Positions 1 to 8,365 of a DNA stretch of 64,000 bases are shown here, one piece after another. The position numbers were made by a program, and so were the translations under genes. Every line of letters starts with the position of its first letter. Position 1 is the stretch's first letter. Under the pieces are notes generated by a model that had not been told where the DNA came from, made no database searches, and saw only the letters and a list, made by a program, of their open reading frames with translations. The DNA lies in NCBI GenBank assembly GCA_965204755.1, contig OZ242011.1:1920001-1984000 (forward strand), given 5' to 3'. The stretch is from Candidatus Marinacidobacterium sp. Its GTDB lineage: Bacteria > Acidobacteriota > Vicinamibacteria > Marinacidobacterales > Marinacidobacteraceae.

Positions 1-9
1 GGCCTGCTG

Positions 10-1038
10 GTGCAGGAGCGCGCCGCCGACACCTTGGAGCGCCTCGCCGAAGAAGGCGGCGACTACTTCTACCGCGGCGACTTCGCCCGGAAGGTCTGCG
101 AAGTGGTGAAGGCCGCCGGCGGCGTGCTCACGCCCGACGACTTCGCCCGTTGGGAACCGCGCTGGCAGGAACCGGCGTGGGGCCGCTACCGCGACTGGCG
201 CATCGCCGGTTCCCCGCCGCCGGACAACGGCGGCACGCACCTCATCGAGATGCTCCAGATGCTCGAGCACTTCGACCTCGACCACCACGGCCCGCCCACC
301 GAGTCCGCCGAGTCCCTGCTGCAGTTGGTGCGCATCAGCCACGCCGTGTACACGGAAGGCGCCCGGCAGAACGACCCGGAGACCCACCCGCTGCCGCTCG
401 AGACGATCCTCTCGCCGGAGTACGCGCGGATGCGATACGAGTTGCTGCAGATGGGGCACCCGGTAACCGACCCGGCCGACCCGCCGCCCCCCGCCGGCAG
501 CAACCATGTGACCGTGGTGGACGCCGCCGGCAATGTGGCGACGATCCTCCATTCCTGCATGTCCTACCCGTGGAGCAACGGCCTCTTCGCCGAGGGCGTG
601 AGCATCTGCGCCGCCGGAGCGCACTTCCTGCGCGTGATGCCGCGCCCCGGCCAGCGGATCTCGGCGTATGTCGCGCCGAACATCGTCTTCCGGGGCGACC
701 GCCCGGTGCTGGCGTCCGGCTCGCCGAGCGTCAGCCTGCTGCAGAACATCCTCCAGAACAGCCTGAACCTGCTGCAGTTCGGTGAGGAGGTGGAGGAGTC
801 GGTGCACCGCCCGCGCTTCGGCGGCCCGTCGCTCACCGTTCCCGGAGCGGTCCTGATCGAGGCCGACTTCCCGGAGGCGGTGCGCGAGAAGGTCGCGGAG
901 CGGGGAATCCGCTTCGATGTGGTGAATCCCTGGAACTGGCACCACGGCTCGTTCGAGGGCATCCACCTCGGCGAAGACGGCGAGCGCCGCGCCTGCGGCG
1001 ACCCGCGCCGGTGCAGCATGGCGGAGGCCTCCGCGTAG
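10..1038 (+). CDS. ggt: Gamma-glutamyltransferase family protein (Ntn-hydrolase), 5' part lies outside the window
   Basis: FYRGDFA, SPPPDNGG, S-N-H-V-T-V-V-D-x-x-G-N small-subunit start, GSP and HRPRF motifs in GGT order. Confidence 0.85.
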   Translation: MQERAADTLERLAEEGGDYFYRGDFARKVCEVVKAAGGVLTPDDFARWEPRWQEPAWGRYRDWRIAGSPPPDNGGTHLIEMLQMLEHFDLDHHGPPTESAESLLQLVRISHAVYTEGARQNDPETHPLPLETILSPEYARMRYELLQMGHPVTDPADPPPPAGSNHVTVVDAAGNVATILHSCMSYPWSNGLFAEGVSICAAGAHFLRVMPRPGQRISAYVAPNIVFRGDRPVLASGSPSVSLLQNILQNSLNLLQFGEEVEESVHRPRFGGPSLTVPGAVLIEADFPEAVREKVAERGIRFDVVNPWNWHHGSFEGIHLGEDGERRACGDPRRCSMAEASA

Positions 1039-2339
1039 TGGCCCGCCGCTCCGTTTCGTTCGCGCCCCGCCGTTTCCCGGCGTTCGGGCTCCCGGTCGTC
1101 GCCGGTCTCCTGTTCGCCGGCGTTCTGCCGGCAGCGGCCCAGGACACCCTGCTCCGTTGCGGAGCGGTCTTCGACGGCGAAACCCTTTCCGGCGCCGCCG
1201 AGATCCGCGTGAGCGGCGACCGCATCGCCGGCCTCGAAGGCGGCGCCGCGGAAGAAGTCGTGGACCTCGGCGATTACACCTGCCTCCCCGGCCTCATCGA
1301 CCTCCACGCCCACCTCACGATCAACCCGGAGACGCTCACCGCCCTCGACCTCTACCGCTCGAGCGCGGCCCGGACGCTCGACGCCCTGAAGAACGCGCAG
1401 GCGATGCTCGGCGCCGGCTTCACCACGCTGCGGTCACCGGGCGAGTTCGACGGCTACTACGGGATCGTGGACCTGAAACGCGCCATCGCCCGCGGCGACC
1501 ACGAAGGGCCGCGCCTGCTGGTCGCGCCGCACGCGATCTCCGCCACCGGCGGACACGGCGACTTCAACAACCTGATGGCGGACCTCCACATCGAAACCCC
1601 GACGCGCATCGCCGACGGCCCGGAGCAACTCCGCGCCGAGATCCGCCGCGAGTTCAAGTACGGCGCCGACTGGATCAAGTTGATGATGACCGGCGGCGTG
1701 ATGTCCGCCGGCGACGACCCGAATGTCAGCACCTACACCGAAGAAGAGATCCGCGCCGCCGTCGAGGAAACCCACCGCCACGGCAAACGGATCACCGTGC
1801 ACGCCCACGGCGCTCCGGGAATCGTCATGGCCCTCCGCGCCGGAGTGGATTCGGTGGAGCACGCCACCCTGGTGGACGAAGAAGGCGCCGCCCTCTTCCG
1901 CGAACGCGGCGTCCCGATGGTGCCCACGCTCTATGTCATGAACTACATCGTCGAAGAGGGCGAAGCCATCGGCTTCCCCCGCGAGAGCATCGAGAAGGCG
2001 CGCGCCCTGATGGAAGAACGCAACCGCCGCATCGGCGCCGCCTTCGCCTCCGGCGTCCCCGTCGCCTTCGGCTCCGACACGATCTTCCCCCACGAAACCG
2101 CCGCCCGCGAGTTCGCGGTCATGGTCGGCCTCGGCCTCTCCCCGGAAAACGCCCTCCGCTCCGCCACCACCGTCGCCGCCCGCGCCCTCGGCCTCGAAGC
2201 CGAAATCGGCCGCCTCGCCCCCGGCTACACCGCCGACCTCATCGCCGTCGCCGACAACCCGTTGGAGGACATCCGCACGATGGAGAATGTCCTCTTCGTA
2301 ATGCGCTCCGGCCGCATCGTGAAACTTCCGGCCTCGTGA
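1038..2339 (+). CDS. Secreted metal-dependent amidohydrolase (Xaa-Pro dipeptidase-like)
   Basis: Signal peptide, PGLIDLHAH, GADWIK, VHAHG, SVEHA, AFGSD and ADLIAV..NPLEDI motifs. GTG at 1038 overlaps the upstream TAG stop. Confidence 0.9.
   Translation: MARRSVSFAPRRFPAFGLPVVAGLLFAGVLPAAAQDTLLRCGAVFDGETLSGAAEIRVSGDRIAGLEGGAAEEVVDLGDYTCLPGLIDLHAHLTINPETLTALDLYRSSAARTLDALKNAQAMLGAGFTTLRSPGEFDGYYGIVDLKRAIARGDHEGPRLLVAPHAISATGGHGDFNNLMADLHIETPTRIADGPEQLRAEIRREFKYGADWIKLMMTGGVMSAGDDPNVSTYTEEEIRAAVEETHRHGKRITVHAHGAPGIVMALRAGVDSVEHATLVDEEGAALFRERGVPMVPTLYVMNYIVEEGEAIGFPRESIEKARALMEERNRRIGAAFASGVPVAFGSDTIFPHETAAREFAVMVGLGLSPENALRSATTVAARALGLEAEIGRLAPGYTADLIAVADNPLEDIRTMENVLFVMRSGRIVKLPAS
2031..2323 (+). 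repeat. Direct repeat copy 1 (3' 293 bp of the amidohydrolase gene)
   Basis: Aligns without gaps to 6091-6383; 14 mismatches counted by eye. Confidence 0.95.
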
Positions 2340-2427
2340 CAGCGATCCGCAAGCGCTCCGGGTTGGAAGGAAGGCCGGCGCAGCGCCCATGGTCTCTCTC
2401 ATCCGCGCCCGCTGAGGATCCCCAATC

Positions 2428-3408
2428 GTGACTTCGGAATCGCCACTCTCCACCCTGCGGAAAACGAGTGAGAAAATCGCGCGAGACTTCGTGGATCGCC
2501 CGATCGTCTTTCGCGGATACCTCAGCCAAGTGCTCTCTCCCGCTCTGACCGACATACTCGGCCCTGTCAAGGAACAGATCCTCAAGGACTTCCACCGCCC
2601 CGAAGCGACGACTTCCATCACGCACTACACGAGCCTCGCCGCGCTCTTGTCGCTCATCGAGGGCTCGCCGAAGACCGCGAAAGCGAATTCGTTGCGCCTG
2701 TTGCCCACCTATCGCTTCAACGATCCCACGGAGGGGGCGTACTTGCCTCGGGAGATCGCGCGTGTTACTGATCATGACTGGCTCGAGGCCGATGTTGCTC
2801 CGCTCGCTTTCGCTGCCTGTTTCGTAAGTAACGGCAACGAGAACGCCGGTGATGATCTCGTGTACTGGCGCAGTTACGGCAGTGACGGGGAGGGTTGCTC
2901 GATTACTTGGAAGCCGGAGGGTTTGACGAACCTCTATGCCGTCGCGTATTCGGACGGTGTGGAACGCGTCACGAAGCGACTCGAACCGATCCTCGCGGCC
3001 CTCCAGCCCGCGCTCCATGCTCCGGATCCCACCTGCAGCCGTGAGGCGCGACGCGTCCTCGGTCGAACCTTCTGGAAATCACTGACGGAACTCCGCTATC
3101 TCTACAAGAGCGACGCCTATCGGCACGAGCGCGAGTCTCGAGTTCTGATTACGGAGGGAGGCAAGTCCTTCCAGCCGGACCGTGTGGTCTTCGTGCGCAA
3201 GGATGAGCCGGACGGCTATCCCGATCTCTGCCGGTATTATGTCGATCCTTCCCTATCGGCAGAGCGCATCTTCCGTCCCGGAACCCGAATCACCTTGGGC
3301 CCCCAAGTCCGACACGCGCCGGACGCCAAGGCCTACATCGAAAACCGACTCAAGACTCCACTTCTGGCTGAGGTCAGGGTGTCCTCCGTCCCGTACCGAA
3401 CCACTTAG
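2428..3408 (+). CDS. DUF2971 domain protein
   Basis: HYTS, FNDPTEG, ACF, DDLVYWRSYG..G.GCSI and YK..AY.HERESR motifs; lower GC than flanking core genes. Confidence 0.8.
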   Translation: MTSESPLSTLRKTSEKIARDFVDRPIVFRGYLSQVLSPALTDILGPVKEQILKDFHRPEATTSITHYTSLAALLSLIEGSPKTAKANSLRLLPTYRFNDPTEGAYLPREIARVTDHDWLEADVAPLAFAACFVSNGNENAGDDLVYWRSYGSDGEGCSITWKPEGLTNLYAVAYSDGVERVTKRLEPILAALQPALHAPDPTCSREARRVLGRTFWKSLTELRYLYKSDAYRHERESRVLITEGGKSFQPDRVVFVRKDEPDGYPDLCRYYVDPSLSAERIFRPGTRITLGPQVRHAPDAKAYIENRLKTPLLAEVRVSSVPYRTT

Positions 3409-4834
3409 CGAGAGGTCGGATAAGGTTGTCAAAGGACGAGCGCGGCGGTTCGGTCGAGGTGACATAGTGCGGTATTTCACTGTCGCCTCGCGCTCTTCGA
3501 CGACGAAAGGAACAGTGTTCGTGGCAGTCGCCCTTCATAACCCGGGTTTCTCCCGTCACGAACTGGTGTTCCTGCCAGGTCGCATCCGGCCACCAGTCCG
3601 GCGCCAGCAGGTAGCGAAGCCATAGATTGACCTGCATTCCGGCTACTCCGAGGGCGAAGGGAAAGACATTCTCGTTCCGCTTCGACTCCGCGGGGAGGTT
3701 GCGGATGTAAGTGGGGGCGTCCAGCGAACCGTCGAGTTCGGCGACGACCATCCCCGAAGAATATTGCTCGCTGCACCTCAGGCATTGGTGGTGCGGAGTC
3801 ACGATCTGCGTGCGCCAATGGGCCGAGAACAGGCGATCTCGCTTGGGGTCCGTAGCAACGGCCACGCCGCCGTCCACGACGGGGATCAGGTGGGCATTGG
3901 CGATGTAGTTCAACACATCCCGCGCTATGGGACGGTCCACGCAACTGAACAGCACATCGCAGTCCAAGGCGGCGAGGTATCCACGCTTTCGATGTACGGA
4001 CACCGGCAACCGTTCGATTTCGACCTTGGCAGCCGTGGCGTGCCTCCGGAGCCGACGCGCGGCGACATCCACCTTGGCGCGGCCGATGTCGCTCGCCGTC
4101 GCGTGGAGGAGCCGGTCGAGGTTGTGCTCTTCGACGCGGTCCGGGTCGATCAGCGTGATTTTCGCCACCCCGATACGGGCGACGGACTCGGCCACGATCG
4201 AACCGACGCTTCCTGCTCCGATCACACCGACACGCAGTCGAGCGATGGTGTTCTGGACATCGTGGCCCCAAGTATCGAAGGTCCGCCGCAAGAGGTTGCG
4301 ACGACGCGGCGGGGGGAAGGAACGGTCGTTGAAGTAGTAGCGGCACGCTCCTCGGGAGAGGATACGCACCTTGCTGCACCAATTCCGGCGCATGACCGCG
4401 CCATCGCGTTCCCAGAAGCGCGCGCTCCAGTAGCCATCGGCGCCGATCGTCAGGCCCACGAGCGGCAACTTGGTGGCATGGGCGGGGTAGGCGATCACAT
4501 CCCGCTCCGCGACGGTGTCGGCTGGGCTCAGGTCCTGCCATCCGTCGGTCGGATGACTATGCATGAAGGCGAGCCCCATGCCGCGCTGCTGCGCTGTCAG
4601 GAGGGCTCGCGCGAGATAGGCGGGTGTGAAACTCACATTTCCGTGGAGTCGGCGCTCCCCGGAGCGCGGGAGCAGGACCTCGGAGATCAACGCCGTGCGG
4701 CGTACGGCGCCGGTAGCCGGCCGCCACATGGCGAAGCACAGGTCTTCCTGCGCTTCGTCCTTCCGCAGGTGCTGGAGGAGATGGGAGGCGGCCGCCTCGT
4801 CCGCCTCGGCAGTGAGGGCGGCGTCGAAGATCAC
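3374..4834 (-). CDS. JAB/MPN peptidase fused to ThiF/E1-like adenylyltransferase (about 486 aa)
   Basis: N-terminal E...HSHP...SPAD JAB motif; GAGSVGS, LIDPDRVEEHNLDRL, SCVDR and Zn-type CLRC / CHEHC motifs. GTG start at 4834 overlaps the upstream stop (ATGTGA). Confidence 0.88.
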   Translation of the reverse strand: MIFDAALTAEADEAAASHLLQHLRKDEAQEDLCFAMWRPATGAVRRTALISEVLLPRSGERRLHGNVSFTPAYLARALLTAQQRGMGLAFMHSHPTDGWQDLSPADTVAERDVIAYPAHATKLPLVGLTIGADGYWSARFWERDGAVMRRNWCSKVRILSRGACRYYFNDRSFPPPRRRNLLRRTFDTWGHDVQNTIARLRVGVIGAGSVGSIVAESVARIGVAKITLIDPDRVEEHNLDRLLHATASDIGRAKVDVAARRLRRHATAAKVEIERLPVSVHRKRGYLAALDCDVLFSCVDRPIARDVLNYIANAHLIPVVDGGVAVATDPKRDRLFSAHWRTQIVTPHHQCLRCSEQYSSGMVVAELDGSLDAPTYIRNLPAESKRNENVFPFALGVAGMQVNLWLRYLLAPDWWPDATWQEHQFVTGETRVMKGDCHEHCSFRRRRARGDSEIPHYVTSTEPPRSSFDNLIRPLAKWFGTGRRTP

Positions 4835-5223
4835 ATGGCCGCCCAGAGGCGCCGCAGGTGTTCCTTGAAGAAGAGGCTCATGTGCTTGGTGGGGAAGCGG
4901 TCCCACGACGGGCCGGGCGGGCGGCTCATCGCGATCCAGTCGCGGTTCTCGGGATCGGTGTACTTCTGGGTCACGCCTCCCCGTCCGTCGTCCATGGGCG
5001 GGGAGATGTGGACCCAGTGCGGAGGGTATTCGGGATAACCCTCGCTGCCCTGCATGCTCACTCCGATGCGCACCCGGCGACCTTGGTGGGAGCCGGTTGG
5101 GACTTCGTAGTCGAACGATACGACCTCGCCGTGGGGGCTCGCGGAAACCGCGGTCGCGTAGCCGAGCGCCTCGATTTCCTGCCGGATCCGATGGAGGCTG
5201 TAGGACTGAAGACCGTCGGGCAT
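4831..5223 (-). CDS. Prokaryotic E2-like (Prok-E2_E-type) protein, cysteine-free
   Basis: GYPEYPP..., W...SR...W and terminal HL helix pattern; located between the Ubl and JAB-E1 genes. Confidence 0.7.
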   Translation of the reverse strand: MPDGLQSYSLHRIRQEIEALGYATAVSASPHGEVVSFDYEVPTGSHQGRRVRIGVSMQGSEGYPEYPPHWVHISPPMDDGRGGVTQKYTDPENRDWIAMSRPPGPSWDRFPTKHMSLFFKEHLRRLWAAM

Positions 5224-5236
5224 TCTCTTCGTGGGA

Positions 5237-5488
5237 TCAGGCTACGGGAGTGGCCCCGATCGGAATCGTCAGGAAGTGGGAGTCTTCTCTCAGGTCCACG
5301 GTCTCGTCCCAACCGTATCGGCGTTTGTCGCCCTGGAGCCGGTACTGGTCCGGCGGCTCCGGCATCGCGTGGTGTTTTTCGGCCAGTTCGAGGATGTCGT
5401 GAGCGACCGGAGTCGGCGTGCGCATCGTCATTTCGATGCCGTTCACCTTGAGAGTGAACTCTTCGCCGGTAGTCGAGGTAGCGCCCAT
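5237..5488 (-). CDS. Ubiquitin-like (multiubiquitin-type beta-grasp) protein
   Basis: 83 aa with F.LKVNG, ILELA, Y.L and ETVDL...F pattern; first gene of the Ubl-E2-E1 operon. Confidence 0.75.
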   Translation of the reverse strand: MGATSTTGEEFTLKVNGIEMTMRTPTPVAHDILELAEKHHAMPEPPDQYRLQGDKRRYGWDETVDLREDSHFLTIPIGATPVA

Positions 5489-6090
5489 CGTGTGGTGACC
5501 CCCTGCGCGATTGTGTGCTTGGTTCGCTTCGTCCGCCCCGGACGCCCGCAGCGAGAGAGGTGGAAGACGAGCCGTCGACGAGACGGACTCCGGAGCCGAA
5601 GAACACCCCTATCTTAGCCATCCGACGGAGCCATGAGTCCGGTCGTCCCCTCCTCGGCCCGTCCTCGTGGAACCCGCGGAGCCACGGTCGGACGGGCCCG
5701 TCGGCCCGGCCTGTTCCCCGCCGACCTGCTGCTGCGGCAGGCGCTGGTGGCCCGCCAGGACCGGCGGACGCGCGGGGCGCGGCTCTCGGAGGCGAGCCAG
5801 ACGCGGAGGAGGCCCGCCTGACCTTGGGGGTGCAACAAGGTGTTCGGCGCGCTCCGGGCCGAGGCGGGGCGGGACGGGGTGTGGCGGCGCGCCGCCTGGT
5901 GTCGGGCCCGGTGTTCGGCTGGTGGGCCGGCAACTGCCCCGGCGGGCCGCGCCGGTTCCACCCCCGCGCCGACTCCGCGAAGTCGCCTAACCCCCGACAC
6001 CCCCGCCGGACTTCGCCCGGTTTGTAGTGTGCCTACGAAACCAACTTCCCAACTGTCAATCACTTACAAAGCCAAACCGTCGAAGTCGAG

Positions 6091-6383
6091 ATCGGCGCCG
6101 CCTTCGCCTCCGGCGTCCCCGTCGCCTTCGGCTCCGAAACGATCTTCCCCCACGCCACCGCCGCCCGCGAGTTCGCCGTCATGGTCGGCCTCGGCCTCTC
6201 CCCGGAAAACGCCCTCCGCTCCGCCACCACCGTAGCCGCCCGCGCGCTCGGCCTCGAAGACGAAATCGGCCGCCTCGCCCCCGGCTACGCCGCCGACCTC
6301 ATCGCCGTCGCCGACAACCCCTTGGAGGACATCCGCACGATGGAACGAGTCCTCTTCGTAATGCGCTCCGGCCGCGTCGTGAA
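6091..6383 (+). pseudogene. Direct repeat copy 2: orphan 3' fragment of the amidohydrolase gene
   Basis: About 95% identical to 2031-2323; lacks the 5' ~1 kb; FGSD is changed to FGSE. Confidence 0.9.
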
Positions 6384-6567
6384 GGGGCCGCCTGCTCGGT
6401 GAATGTTGCCGGACTTTCCGGACGCAGTGTGGACGGCGGCGGAGCCGTGAATTCCGCCACCGGCATCGCGTATTCTTCCGCTTCACGCTCTTTGCGAACG
6501 CCCTCGCTCGCATCGCCGGTCATCTGGTGGATGGCGAAGGCACGAGCCCGAACTACCAGAGAGGAAC

Positions 6568-6993
6568 ATGACCTTCGAGACACTTGTGAACCTCGTGATT
6601 GCGATCGCGGTCGTCCAGATCGGTTGGTTGATTTGGTTCACGATCAGCATCACTGAAATGCGCCGATCTCTTCGGACGCTGAGTCATCACGCGATCACAC
6701 GAGAGTTCCGTATCGAGCGGGTCGATCAAGAACAGTTCCGCCTGTTGAACGCTTCGACACCTACTATGTGTGGCGGTTGTAGCCGCGTGCTGGATGATTG
6801 GGTCAGCGAGAAGGAGCAGGTGGTTCGCGCCGTGGCGTATGTTCGGCGTCACGGGATTCCCGCTCGGCTTTGCCTCGAATGTGCGGAGAAAGAACACCGT
6901 GATGTTCTGCGAGAGTGGGATCGGGAGACCGAAGAGGCGGCCGTCGCGAAGTTGCTCGAGGAGTCCGGAATCGGGAAGCGCGACGATTCTTGA
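6568..6993 (+). CDS. Hypothetical protein with N-terminal TM helix and two CxxC motifs
   Basis: GAGG RBS before ATG; hydrophobic residues 6-28; CGGC and CLEC. Confidence 0.65.
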   Translation: MTFETLVNLVIAIAVVQIGWLIWFTISITEMRRSLRTLSHHAITREFRIERVDQEQFRLLNASTPTMCGGCSRVLDDWVSEKEQVVRAVAYVRRHGIPARLCLECAEKEHRDVLREWDRETEEAAVAKLLEESGIGKRDDS

Positions 6994-7048
6994 TTTCGAC
7001 GGTTCGAGCAGTGCGGCCCGTGACTCGGGACGCCGAACCGAGTACGGC

Positions 7049-8203
7049 TCAGCGCCGCGCGAATTCCCGGGGCAGGCGGTCGACGCCCCGCGGGGCGGTC
7101 GTCGGCTCGATGATTTCGGCGAGGCTCAGGCCGGCGTCCAACTCCGCTTGGATATCCGGGAGGTCGCTTCCCAGCCGGACCTCCGTCCCTTCCGGGCCGG
7201 GGCTCAGGACGACGACTTCGTCCTTGCCGAGCCCCTCGTCCTCGAGCAGTTCGCGGGAATGCGAGGTCAGGATCACCTGCGGCCCGCCGTGGAACCGCAT
7301 CCGGCTGAGAATCGTCGGCAACAGGCGGACGAGCGACGGGTGGAGATTCGCTTCCGGTGTCTCCATGAGCAGCGGCCCATGCGACTCCCTTCCTTCCAAT
7401 AGCGCCCAGAGGAGTTCGATCAGGCGGAGAGTCCCGTCGGAAAGGTCGCGCTCGGTGTGTCGAGCATCCTCGGCGCGCCAGTGTTCGTACCGGACTCGCA
7501 GGCGACGCCGGCCGACTTCGTCCGTCCCGAGTTCCACTCTCTCGAGTTGTGGAATCGCGATCCCGAGCGCTCGACCGAGACGGCGCAGCCGCGCGGCGCG
7601 GATCCGTTCCGGCGTCCGCGCCATCCGCTGCAGGAAGTCCGCCCGGTCGGAATCGTCGGTCGGGGCCTCCGTTCGTTGCGGGCTGCGGAACCGCCGCGGG
7701 GCCGGATCGAGATACCGGATGGAACGAAAGAACGCCCCGACTTCCCGAAACTCCCGATTCTGGTTGACCTGCTCGAGGGCGGTCTGCGTCATCCCCTCCC
7801 GATCGGATCGGTCCTCCGGGGTGGGTCGCGAAAGGACCTCGCGTCCGTCCAGAGTGACGGACTCGCGCACCACGACCGGACGCCGCCGCCCGCGCGGTTC
7901 GACGCCGAAAGCGAGTTCGTAGGCCGCGGAGCCGCCGCCGTCGCCGAGTTCCGCCCGGATCGTCGAGGGGACGCGGGCGGAGCCGGGGGCGGCGAGACAG
8001 CGCCGCCGGGACGGGCCGCCGCGGTAGCGGACGGCTGCCTGGAACCCGCCGGGCGAGGCGACCTGCCGGAGGAAGCGGAGGGCTTCCAACAGGTTGGACT
8101 TCCCGACCCCGTTCGGCCCCACGACGACCATCCGCTCCTGCAGGGGGAAGTCCGCCCGGCGGAAGTTCATCCAATTCTTCAGCGTGAGACGGGAGAGGCG
8201 CAC
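7049..8203 (-). CDS. AAA_21/RecF-like ABC-type ATPase (about 384 aa)
   Basis: LTLKNWMNF, Walker A GPNGVGKSN, LSDGT signature, ETPEANLHP and ILTSHS motifs. Real start is GTG 8203, not the 1069-aa ORF start. Confidence 0.85.
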   Translation of the reverse strand: MRLSRLTLKNWMNFRRADFPLQERMVVVGPNGVGKSNLLEALRFLRQVASPGGFQAAVRYRGGPSRRRCLAAPGSARVPSTIRAELGDGGGSAAYELAFGVEPRGRRRPVVVRESVTLDGREVLSRPTPEDRSDREGMTQTALEQVNQNREFREVGAFFRSIRYLDPAPRRFRSPQRTEAPTDDSDRADFLQRMARTPERIRAARLRRLGRALGIAIPQLERVELGTDEVGRRRLRVRYEHWRAEDARHTERDLSDGTLRLIELLWALLEGRESHGPLLMETPEANLHPSLVRLLPTILSRMRFHGGPQVILTSHSRELLEDEGLGKDEVVVLSPGPEGTEVRLGSDLPDIQAELDAGLSLAEIIEPTTAPRGVDRLPREFARR

Positions 8204-8365
8204 GCTCCGGAGCCTACGCCGCCGGGGGGCCACCCGCCATCGGCTTGCCGGCCCCGCCTCGGCCCCGTCGCGCGCCCGGTCCGGCGCCCCGGACAAGCGG
8301 TTGCGGCGGCGGAGGCGGGTCTCGTACACTCGGTTCCCCCTACTCGCTGACAGCAAGGAGCCCAC

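Noticed and set aside
5640-5960. Possible integrase remnant between the Ubl operon and repeat copy 2
   Set aside because: Only a vague F..LR..AG resemblance; no catalytic R-H-R-Y motifs recognisable.
6055-6065. AAGTnnTTGAC motif at the cassette junction (minus strand), also at 45700-45710, as a recombination site
   Set aside because: Only two short occurrences and may simply be -35 boxes; insufficient support.
2031-6383. Diversity-generating retroelement TR/VR pair
   Set aside because: Mismatches are not adenine-specific (several G/C swaps) and there is no reverse transcriptase in the window.
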